Shown piece after piece: positions 1 to 7,086 of a DNA stretch of 64,000 bases. This DNA comes from Bacteroidota bacterium (lineage in GTDB: Bacteria; Bacteroidota; Bacteroidia; Cytophagales; Cyclobacteriaceae). The stretch lies in assembly GCA_039819065.1 (NCBI GenBank), contig JBCBSS010000018.1, forward strand, positions 1 to 64,000. Direction: 5' to 3'. The notes under the pieces were generated by a model. It saw only the letters and a list, made by a program, of their open reading frames with translations. It did not search any database and had not been told where the DNA came from. The position numbers were made by a program, and so were the translations under genes. How positions within the stretch are numbered: position 1 is the first letter of the stretch; every line of letters begins with the position of its first letter.

Positions 1-182
1 TTCTTCAAGCAAATCCTAAGCCTCAAGAAAGGTACGGACAGGAAAGGTACTATAGAGGGTATCAAGAAGGATATGCCGATATGATCAGCAACATTTTTGT
101 TTTCATTTGAGGTTTGCGATTTGGTTTTTTCTGTCATATTAAGGTTTAGGTGTTTTGGTTAATGATAGGAATAGAAAGTCAT

Positions 183-551
183 TTATTCAAAAATCGACAG
201 GATCGATATGAAAATGATGGATATCCCGCCTTTTCTCATACAGTCTAATACTTTTCCTCTCACGTTCTCCTTTTTTTCAACAGTTTTTTTCTTCTCTTGT
301 TGAGTAAAAACCGTCTCAGCCGAATCTTCACGATTAGCGATAAGCGCCAATGGTTCGCTTTCAGCTGATGCAAGTAATTGTGGAGGTTCGTTGGTCAGAT
401 TTAAGGCCGCCTCTTCTCGTATCACACGCACATGTTCTGCCGTACCACTATTTAAGATGATGAAGTTGGCTGTTATGCTGAGTGTCAAACAGACAGTAAG
501 AATCAAAAACAACCTGATAGAATTATCGATTTTGTAAGTCTTTTTTTTCAT
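183..551 (-). CDS. hypothetical small exported/membrane protein
   Basis: 122-aa ORF with an N-terminal hydrophobic segment (LFLILTVCLTLSITANFII) consistent with a signal peptide or membrane anchor; no recognisable domain. Confidence 0.35.
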   Translation of the reverse strand: MKKKTYKIDNSIRLFLILTVCLTLSITANFIILNSGTAEHVRVIREEAALNLTNEPPQLLASAESEPLALIANREDSAETVFTQQEKKKTVEKKENVRGKVLDCMRKGGISIIFISILSIFE

Positions 552-713
552 AGCAATGGGTTGTTAATGTTGAAAGTCACTAAGGTCAAGGTGTTAACTA
601 CTACCGGTAAACTTGATTACCAGACCGATTGCTCTTTTAGAATTGGGCGTACTTTGCCCGTGTAAGTTCATAACCCTCTATTTATGAGTGAATTATAAAC
701 TTTTGATTTGTGA

Positions 714-762
714 TGAGATGGGCTTATGCCCATCTCGGAAGCTTGGGACTAAAGACCCAAGC
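714..762 (-). other. two tandem GC-rich stem-loops at and just downstream of the flotillin stop codon
   Basis: AGCTTGGG-N8-CCCAAGCT at 739-762 overlaps the stop codon, and GAGATGGGC-TTAT-GCCCATCTC at 715-736 follows it; there is no T-run on the minus strand, so this is not a canonical intrinsic terminator. Confidence 0.3.
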
Positions 763-2914
763 TAGACACAGGGTTATTTGAAATACCTAAGGCGTCTGAA
801 ACTGTCGATAGCTGCTTGAGCACGTTTTTAGTTTCACTATCCTTGGTTTGTTGAGTTAACTTGAGCAGTAAAGCTGATATACTCAGGTTCCTTACATCTT
901 CACTCGATACACCGAACTGGTCTATGAATTGACGGATACGATCTTTGAAGTTGTCTCCGTTGGAAGATGAAAAGAATGTGTCTTTCACCTGGGTCAGTAC
1001 ATCGCTGTTATTCATCAGCTTATCGACAGACTTACCTTTGGTTATTGAGCCTACGATCTGATCGAAGAACATGGTTTCTCCTCCTACGATGTCGATGTTG
1101 GCTGCTTTGAGTGCTTCTGAGATGACACTGGCTTGAGACATAGCGATCTCTTTCTGGATGGATATTTTTGCCAATTCAATCTCTTTGTCTTTCTCAAGTG
1201 TGAGTTTGAACTCTTCGTGTGCTCTGCCTACACCATCAAGGGCTTGCATCGCTTCGGCTTTTTGCTTGATGCCTTCCGCGTCAGCGGCGAATTTCTCTGC
1301 CATAACTTTGGCCTCTACCAGTCCACGCTTCTCTTCAGCGTCAGCTTTGGTGGCTATGACGTGAGCTTCAGCCTCACCTTGCTCTTTGGCTATTTTGGCC
1401 GCTACCAGACCCAATTTCTCATCAGCCTGTGCTTGGGCAAGACCTTTCAACTCTATTCCTTTTGCTTCAGCCTCAGATTGTGATTCTATTACACTTGCTT
1501 CAGATTCTCCTTGCTTCTCTCTGGCGGAAGCTTTAGCTTCCATCACTTGTGCTTCTGCCATACCTATGGCTGCTGCTTCAGCTGCTTTCGCTTCAGCCAA
1601 TGTCTTTTTGGCTTCAGCCTGGTGCGTAGCAGATGACTCCTCAGCTTGGGCATCGATCATGAGCTGCTTGGCTTTATGCTCAGAAGCTTGCTTCTTTGCT
1701 TCTGCACTTTTGATTTCTTTTACAAGTGCTTCTTCCGCATCTTTTTCAGCTATGGTGATTGCCACTTTCTTGGTTCTGTCAGCCTCGGCATAAGCCTGGA
1801 TATCCTTCATACGCTCCTCTTCTTCCACTACCGTCTTCTGGATAGCAACCCTATCTCTAATCACATCCTGGATATTCTTCTTCTCTTCCTCAACTGCTCG
1901 TTCCTTTTCTATCTTGGCCAGTTCAACTATCCTTTCTTTTTCGGTGGCTTCAAGCAACTGAGCCTGTTGTACTCTCTCCGACTCTACCGCATCGGTACGT
2001 TCCTTATTCTTTTGAGCGACCAGAATTTCCCTTTGCTTATTTTCTTCTGCCACCAATAGCTCTTCATCCGTGGCTATTTTGGCCCTCTCTGCTTTAAGGC
2101 GTTCTTCTTCTCTGATCTTTTCAGTCTCAGCTTCTTCGCGTGCCTGGATGCTTTCTACTTCTCTCTTTTGTTTGGCTTCTGTTTCAGCCAACTGCCTTTC
2201 TAGTTCCAAGACCGTTTCTTTCGCCTCAACGTCTTGCTTGGTAATGGTCTTTTCTTTTTCTCGTTCTATGTGGTTAGACTGTATTTTTTGTTCTGAAGTG
2301 AGGTCTATGATTTTCTTGATACCCTCAGCATCGAGAATGTTGTTTTCATTTAGCTCACTGATAGGCGTTTGCTCCAGGTAGTCAATGGCACAGTCATCTA
2401 GTACATATCCGTTCAAATCCGTGCCGATGATGTTTAATATTTCACGCTTAAAGTCGTCCCTGGAATTGTAAAGCGCAACGAAGTCGAAATGCTTACCCAC
2501 TGTTTTCAACGCCTCCGAGAATTTGGCATCAAATAACACTTCTAATGCTTCTTGATCCGAAGCGCGGTGGCAACCAATAGATTGGGCTACTTGCTTGACA
2601 TCCTCATGGGTCTGGTTTACACGAATAAAGAATGTCACTTTAATATCAGCGCGCATGTTGTCCTTACAAACAAGCCCTTCCCTACCTGTTCTGGAGATCA
2701 CTACTGTTTTGAGTGTAATATCCATCACCTCCAGTTTATGCAGGACAGGAACGATGAACATTCCATTAAAGGAAACTCTCGTGCCGCCAGCTCCTGTTTT
2801 CACCAGGGCCTCGCCTTGTACGGCTTTGCGGTACATTTTGATGATGAAAGCGGCAATGCCAAAGAAAAATATTACACTGCCTATTATAACTATTATTAAT
2901 ACAGGTCCTTCCAT
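749..2914 (-). CDS. flotillin / SPFH (band 7) family membrane protein with a very long Ala/Glu/Lys-rich coiled coil
   Basis: N-terminal TM helix, SPFH-like region (…GGTRVSFNGMFIVPVLHKLEVMDITLKTVV…), then about 400 aa of EAEAKK-type heptad low complexity; adjacent to an NfeD-like gene. Confidence 0.85.
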   Translation of the reverse strand: MEGPVLIIVIIGSVIFFFGIAAFIIKMYRKAVQGEALVKTGAGGTRVSFNGMFIVPVLHKLEVMDITLKTVVISRTGREGLVCKDNMRADIKVTFFIRVNQTHEDVKQVAQSIGCHRASDQEALEVLFDAKFSEALKTVGKHFDFVALYNSRDDFKREILNIIGTDLNGYVLDDCAIDYLEQTPISELNENNILDAEGIKKIIDLTSEQKIQSNHIEREKEKTITKQDVEAKETVLELERQLAETEAKQKREVESIQAREEAETEKIREEERLKAERAKIATDEELLVAEENKQREILVAQKNKERTDAVESERVQQAQLLEATEKERIVELAKIEKERAVEEEKKNIQDVIRDRVAIQKTVVEEEERMKDIQAYAEADRTKKVAITIAEKDAEEALVKEIKSAEAKKQASEHKAKQLMIDAQAEESSATHQAEAKKTLAEAKAAEAAAIGMAEAQVMEAKASAREKQGESEASVIESQSEAEAKGIELKGLAQAQADEKLGLVAAKIAKEQGEAEAHVIATKADAEEKRGLVEAKVMAEKFAADAEGIKQKAEAMQALDGVGRAHEEFKLTLEKDKEIELAKISIQKEIAMSQASVISEALKAANIDIVGGETMFFDQIVGSITKGKSVDKLMNNSDVLTQVKDTFFSSSNGDNFKDRIRQFIDQFGVSSEDVRNLSISALLLKLTQQTKDSETKNVLKQLSTVSDALGISNNPVSSLGL

Positions 2915-2926
2915 ATAGATTTAAGT

Positions 2927-3601
2927 TTAATTGTGATAAGGTTCGATTAAATAAAACTTTCCTTCTTTGTTGTAGTCAATTACCAGCCCTGTTTCTCCCT
3001 TTTGTAATTCAATGCCTTCCGCGGTTTTGGCATTGATGCGTATAGAAGTGCCACCGTCATTGATTTCAACTTGCCCAAGACTGTTGTGATCTACCCTAAG
3101 TAAGACTTTGCAGACTTTACCTAAAGGATCAACCGCTTCATCTTCTGCCCTGATTTTGTCATAAATCTTGGCGATCGGCGTAGTAAGTGCTTTAGCAATA
3201 AAAAGGCTGACGATGAGATTAGGTATAAGTAATCCCAAACTGACTAAAAAAGCTGAATTACCTAGGTAGTCATTGGATAGAACGGATATCACCCACATTG
3301 GGAATACCAGGAAACTCAGAAAAATCATGAAGGGTACTCTTCCGATGTTGAAGAAAGCCATGATTGAGCTAAATCCTGCACCTCCTGAAACATCACCGTC
3401 AGGTGCGTCCACATCGGCATCTACGTCTACGTCAGCATCCACATCGACGTCAACATCTACATCTGTATCCAGATCAAGGTCCAGCGTGTCCATGTCTATG
3501 ACACCAACTATTACGATAAGCCAATAGACCATTACAAAAGCCAGCAGTATGGTAGGAATGATGTTGATCGAGGAAACGGAAGCGTCTAGTAGTTCTTTCA
3601 T
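2927..3601 (-). CDS. NfeD-like membrane protein (short form with C-terminal OB-fold)
   Basis: N-terminal TM helices, C-terminal beta-rich segment (GKVCKVLLRVDHNSLGQVEINDGG…) typical of NfeD; immediately upstream of and co-oriented with the flotillin gene; contains an acidic (DV)n repeat. Confidence 0.7.
   Translation of the reverse strand: MKELLDASVSSINIIPTILLAFVMVYWLIVIVGVIDMDTLDLDLDTDVDVDVDVDADVDVDADVDAPDGDVSGGAGFSSIMAFFNIGRVPFMIFLSFLVFPMWVISVLSNDYLGNSAFLVSLGLLIPNLIVSLFIAKALTTPIAKIYDKIRAEDEAVDPLGKVCKVLLRVDHNSLGQVEINDGGTSIRINAKTAEGIELQKGETGLVIDYNKEGKFYLIEPYHN
3392..3496 (-). repeat. in-frame imperfect hexanucleotide (GACGTN)n tandem repeat encoding DLDLDTDVDVDVDVDADVDVDADVDAPDGD inside the NfeD-like gene
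   Basis: repeated ACGTC/ACATC units are directly visible at 3400-3480; the antisense ORF 3273-3527 is the mirror low-complexity translation (STSASTSTS). Confidence 0.6.
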
Positions 3602-3777
3602 AAAGTTCGATTTAAGATTGAGACATATTTGTCCTGTTAGCGGAAGAGAATTTCATCCATAAGACCGCATAATCAACTTCGCAAGAAAGGCTCTTCTAGA
3701 AACTTAGTGTTGGAACGGGGCAAAAGGTCATCAAAGCCAACCTGGTTTTTTCCCTCAGGAGGGGGGAAGAAGGAGAA

Positions 3778-4500
3778 TTACTCTCCTTCTGGTTTATTCA
3801 TGCCCATTTTAGCTTTCAGGGCAGCAAGATCATCAGAAGCTTTGGCTTCGGCAGTACCGCTTTCCAAGGCTTTGTCAATTTCTTCATCAACGCTTTTGGA
3901 TTCATTGGCAATTTCGCCATAAGATTCTGCCAACGCTTCTTGCTCAGACACTTTGTCTTTCATCCTTTCAAGCATTGTAATTGTGCTTCCGGAATCAATT
4001 TGCGCCATTTGCTTATTCAACTTTTGAGTAGTCTCACTCACTTTGGCCCTTGCCTTAAGTGTCTTGAGCTCATTCTCATAATGGCTGATGTTTGATCTCA
4101 GCTTTTTAACGTTTTGATCGATTTGAGATACGTTCTGATCGAACTTCTCTTTTTCTGTTTGGGCGCGGGCGACTTGCTTAGCCGCTTCTTCTTTTTTAAC
4201 CAAAGCTTCGCTGGCTAGCCTATCCGCTTCTGAGGCGTCCATCTGTCCATCTTGGGCCCTTTTCAAAAGCAACATCGCTTTTTGCTCATAGTCGGCCGCT
4301 TTGTTCTTATGTGTTTCGATCTCATTTTTTGATCTTATTGCCATGGCTTTTACTTCCGCCAAGGCTTTCAAGCCGTTGTCAAGGTCTTTTTTCAGATCTC
4401 TGATACCCTGCTCAGTCATCTTAATAGGATCCTCCAACTTGTCTATCGCTGAGTGCGCTTCTGCTTTTCCTATATTAAACAATCTCTTAAATACGTTCAT
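3778..4500 (-). CDS. pspA: PspA/IM30 family protein (phage-shock protein A-like coiled-coil ESCRT-III-like membrane remodeller)
   Basis: N-terminus MNVFKRLFNIGKAEAHSAIDKLEDPIKMTEQGIRDLKKDL plus a long coiled coil; the length and architecture are typical of PspA/IM30. Confidence 0.8.
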   Translation of the reverse strand: MNVFKRLFNIGKAEAHSAIDKLEDPIKMTEQGIRDLKKDLDNGLKALAEVKAMAIRSKNEIETHKNKAADYEQKAMLLLKRAQDGQMDASEADRLASEALVKKEEAAKQVARAQTEKEKFDQNVSQIDQNVKKLRSNISHYENELKTLKARAKVSETTQKLNKQMAQIDSGSTITMLERMKDKVSEQEALAESYGEIANESKSVDEEIDKALESGTAEAKASDDLAALKAKMGMNKPEGE

Positions 4501-4511
4501 GATCTAAAATT

Positions 4512-4904
4512 TTATTTTGAAAGTTGTATTAGTTCTTCTGAATATTCTCCCAGTAGTAAGGACAGCGAATTCAATGTAGCTTCCAGTTCGTTCAGGTCAA
4601 GGTTCTGGAGTTCGTGTGTATTTCGGAATATTACTTTGCGGCCTGATTCGTCAAGTACGAATGCGCCGTGTATAATATCCCTACTTTTTTGCAACAGTTT
4701 TCTATAAACGTCTACTGTAGGGTTGCTGACCTCGAAAACGAACTGTTCGACTATGAGTAGTGGATCGGCAACTCCGATAACGAGATTCGTTATGCCGTTG
4801 GCCTCATTCTCTACTACAAACACACCGTCTTCTTCGCTTTCCTGGACGATGAGATAGTCCAGTTCCAAAAGGTAATCCTTCACTTTGTCGAAGTAACTAT
4901 TCAT
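4512..4904 (-). CDS. YbjN-domain protein (putative sensory-transduction/chaperone-like), co-transcribed with PspA
   Basis: about 130-aa acidic alpha/beta protein, 11 nt upstream of pspA; start re-set to the internal ATG at 4904 (MNSYFDKV…) because the ORF-track start is upstream and non-ATG. Confidence 0.55.
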   Translation of the reverse strand: MNSYFDKVKDYLLELDYLIVQESEEDGVFVVENEANGITNLVIGVADPLLIVEQFVFEVSNPTVDVYRKLLQKSRDIIHGAFVLDESGRKVIFRNTHELQNLDLNELEATLNSLSLLLGEYSEELIQLSK

Positions 4905-5120
4905 AATTGATAAGCGTTTTTGATTTTTATGGTGAATAGAATCAAATTTAAAAAATAATGTCATTGGCTGACAGTAATTTTCAAATTATAAAAGAGCCTT
5001 TTGGAGGTGCTCTGAATCTCATAGTTTTTTTCATATTTCTGATTGGTTACATTTGTATTTACGAGCAACTGTGACAAAAGTTTTAGATTGGCTCAAAAAA
5101 TTAGCAAAAATTTTAAAAAC

Positions 5121-5921
5121 ATGTCCTACATAGGTAAAAACATCAAAAAAATAAGAACTGTCAAAAAGCTTAGCCAGGCTCAATTCGCTGAAATCTTCAG
5201 CTTGGCAAGACCTAGTGTAGGGGCTTATGAGGAAGCAAGGGCAGAGCCTAAAGTGGATACGATCATACAGATTGCTAACTATTTTGGCCTTTCTGTAGAT
5301 GTGCTTCTCAATAAGGAGCTTTCGGTCAATGACCTTTACAGCTTCAATTTATTTAATCAAAAGCTAACACAGGCCCATGAACAACTGATGCCATTGAAAA
5401 AAGCGCCTGTGAAAAGCGGAGGCATTGGCTTGGTTCAGATTAAGAATTACCTCGAGTACATAGTGAATTATCAGAACAGAGATTTTATCTCGAATCTGCC
5501 CTCAATAGATTTACCGGTGATATTCAGAGGAAATGCTCGAGCTTTCGAACTGAATGGTAGTGAAATGGAGTACTATCAAAACGGGCTGCATCATGGAGAC
5601 TTTTTACTTTGTAGCAAATCCGATTTGACCAAAGTCAATAAGATCAGAGAGGGTGGGGTTTACGTTATTATATCTGATGAGCGTATCATAGCGCGCCGTG
5701 TTAAATCTGTAGATAAGAAAACATTGATTTTATCATCTGATGACCCTAACTACAGTTTGCTGGAAATTCCACTAAAAAGTATATTGGAGTTGTGGGAAGT
5801 AAAAGGAGCATATAGTACTTATCTTAACCCGCCTAAAACCATTGATGAAAAAGTGCTTGTATTGGAGAAGCAGTTGAGAGAGCTTTCCGAAAAAGTATCA
5901 CAATTAGCCAGTAAAAAGTAA
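5121..5921 (+). CDS. XRE-family HTH + S24 (LexA/UmuD-like) peptidase-domain transcriptional regulator
   Basis: N-terminal HTH_XRE (LSQAQFAEIFSLARPSVGAYEEARAEPKVDTIIQIANYFGLSVDVLL). C-terminal S24-like beta domain with GDFLLCSK aligning to LexA GDLLAVHK, a Ser candidate in NGSEM and a Lys candidate in IARRVKSV. ATG at 5121; the ORF-track start at 5043 is TTG. Confidence 0.75.
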   Translation: MSYIGKNIKKIRTVKKLSQAQFAEIFSLARPSVGAYEEARAEPKVDTIIQIANYFGLSVDVLLNKELSVNDLYSFNLFNQKLTQAHEQLMPLKKAPVKSGGIGLVQIKNYLEYIVNYQNRDFISNLPSIDLPVIFRGNARAFELNGSEMEYYQNGLHHGDFLLCSKSDLTKVNKIREGGVYVIISDERIIARRVKSVDKKTLILSSDDPNYSLLEIPLKSILELWEVKGAYSTYLNPPKTIDEKVLVLEKQLRELSEKVSQLASKK

Positions 5922-6631
5922 TGCAAGATATCATAGAGTTGTTCGAACAGAGTATCGAAGATACCTGTATGTCGCGGGCTGAAAAACGTACAATCAAGCA
6001 GATAGTGCAAGAAAAAGGCCTGGATAGAGACCAGAGGAATTTCCTGCGTAGCAAGATATTCGATATCGCCTCAGCAAGGGCTACAGACGAAAACTATTCC
6101 CAGGTCTTACAGTGGTTAGAAGAAGCCAATAAGGCCCTTATACCAAAAGACCATCAGCATGTACAAACCGAATCATATTTCAGTCCGGGCGATGAATGTT
6201 TGAAGACCATCAACGGCCATTTGAGATCAGCCGTTTCTTCTATTAAGATTTGTGTCTTTACCATCAGTGACAACCGTATTTCAGATACTATAGTTGAGAG
6301 CTACCGAAGAGGTATAGACATCAAGATCATCACCGATGACGACAAGGTGTTTGACAAGGGTTCAGATATAGACTACTTGGTAAGAAAGGGCATTCCCATC
6401 AAGGTCGATGACACCAGGTATCACATGCACCATAAGTTCTTGTTGATCGATAAACAAAAGTTAATAACCGGTAGTTATAATTGGACGAGAAGTGCAGCCG
6501 AGTATAATCATGAGAATATCATTGTGACGGACGACCAAAGTGCCGTGAATGAGTACGTCAAAGAGTTCGATAGGCTTTGGAAAACCATGTGTGCTTACGA
6601 TCAGCTAGGCGGTAAAAGTTGTCCAACTTAA
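5921..6631 (+). CDS. PLD-family (single HKD motif) nuclease, Nuc/Zucchini/BfiI-like
   Basis: HKD signature YHMHHKFLLIDKQKLITGSYNWTRSAAEYNHEN (HxKx4D…GSxN); a single copy implies a dimeric active site; extra N-terminal helical region of about 100 aa; start overlaps the upstream stop as TAATG. Confidence 0.8.
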   Translation: MQDIIELFEQSIEDTCMSRAEKRTIKQIVQEKGLDRDQRNFLRSKIFDIASARATDENYSQVLQWLEEANKALIPKDHQHVQTESYFSPGDECLKTINGHLRSAVSSIKICVFTISDNRISDTIVESYRRGIDIKIITDDDKVFDKGSDIDYLVRKGIPIKVDDTRYHMHHKFLLIDKQKLITGSYNWTRSAAEYNHENIIVTDDQSAVNEYVKEFDRLWKTMCAYDQLGGKSCPT

Positions 6632-6642
6632 AAAGCGATTTA

Positions 6643-6948
6643 ATGATTCTTTACAACGTTACGATTGGAGTAGATCAAGACATTGAGGGTGAGTGGCTGC
6701 AATGGATAAAAGCCAAGCATATTCCGGATGTAATGGAAACGGGTATGTTCATAGAATATAAGATATTCAAGGTACTCAGTCAGGAAAATGAAGGCAGTGT
6801 TTCTTACTCCATTCAATACTTTGCGGAAACGGTAGATAATGTCGTCAAATACCTGGACGAGTATGCCCCGCCTATCATTGAAGAGCATCGGAAACGCTAC
6901 AGGGAGAAACATGTGGCTTTCAGGACACTTCTGGAAGAGGTTTCGTAA
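6643..6948 (+). CDS. small conserved hypothetical, DUF4286-like
   Basis: 101-aa protein starting MILYNVTIGVD…, which is the N-terminal pattern I recall for DUF4286; start re-set to the ATG at 6643 (ORF-track start 6619 is TTG). Identification is from memory, not a search. Confidence 0.45.
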   Translation: MILYNVTIGVDQDIEGEWLQWIKAKHIPDVMETGMFIEYKIFKVLSQENEGSVSYSIQYFAETVDNVVKYLDEYAPPIIEEHRKRYREKHVAFRTLLEEVS

Positions 6949-6968
6949 TGTGCTCATAATATTAGCAT

Positions 6969-6987
6969 AGCCTGTTGAATACAGGCT
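6969..6987 (+). terminator. short stem-loop AGCCTGT-tgaat-ACAGGCT between the DUF4286-like gene and the helicase gene (possible weak terminator/attenuator)
   Basis: 7-bp perfect inverted repeat 20 nt after the stop codon; no strong downstream T-run. Confidence 0.3.
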
Positions 6988-7086
6988 TATAATTGGCTTA
7001 ACAATTCTCTAAACGCCTCGGCATTCTGCTAACCACATTTACTATCTTTCCGGTTGGCGACCATTAATGTACAGCAACAAGGCACG

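Noticed and set aside
1-111. possible 3' end of a gene entering from the left edge
   Set aside because: Frames 1 and 3 are each open for about 90-110 nt but yield low-complexity peptides; too short to call.
1133-2381. several 68-137-aa plus-strand ORFs inside the flotillin gene
   Set aside because: They are antisense low-complexity (S/A/L/F-rich) mirror translations of the AEAKK coiled-coil coding repeat and lack starts with ribosome-binding context; the sense flotillin ORF explains the region.
3392-3496. short tandem repeat considered as a possible CRISPR or minisatellite
   Set aside because: The repeat unit is 6 nt, in-frame and without spacers; it is not a CRISPR array.
3273-3527. plus-strand ORF with a poly-(ST) repeat
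   Set aside because: Antisense reading of the (DV)n hexanucleotide repeat within the NfeD gene; an artefact of the repeat.
5043-5120. N-terminal extension of the regulator ORF (and similar extensions at 6619, 7054, 9923, 14409, 53979)
   Set aside because: The ORF-track starts are TTG or other non-ATG codons upstream of a well-placed ATG. The extensions add non-conserved residues, and in the 5043 case would bury the HTH away from the N-terminus. I used the first ATG instead.
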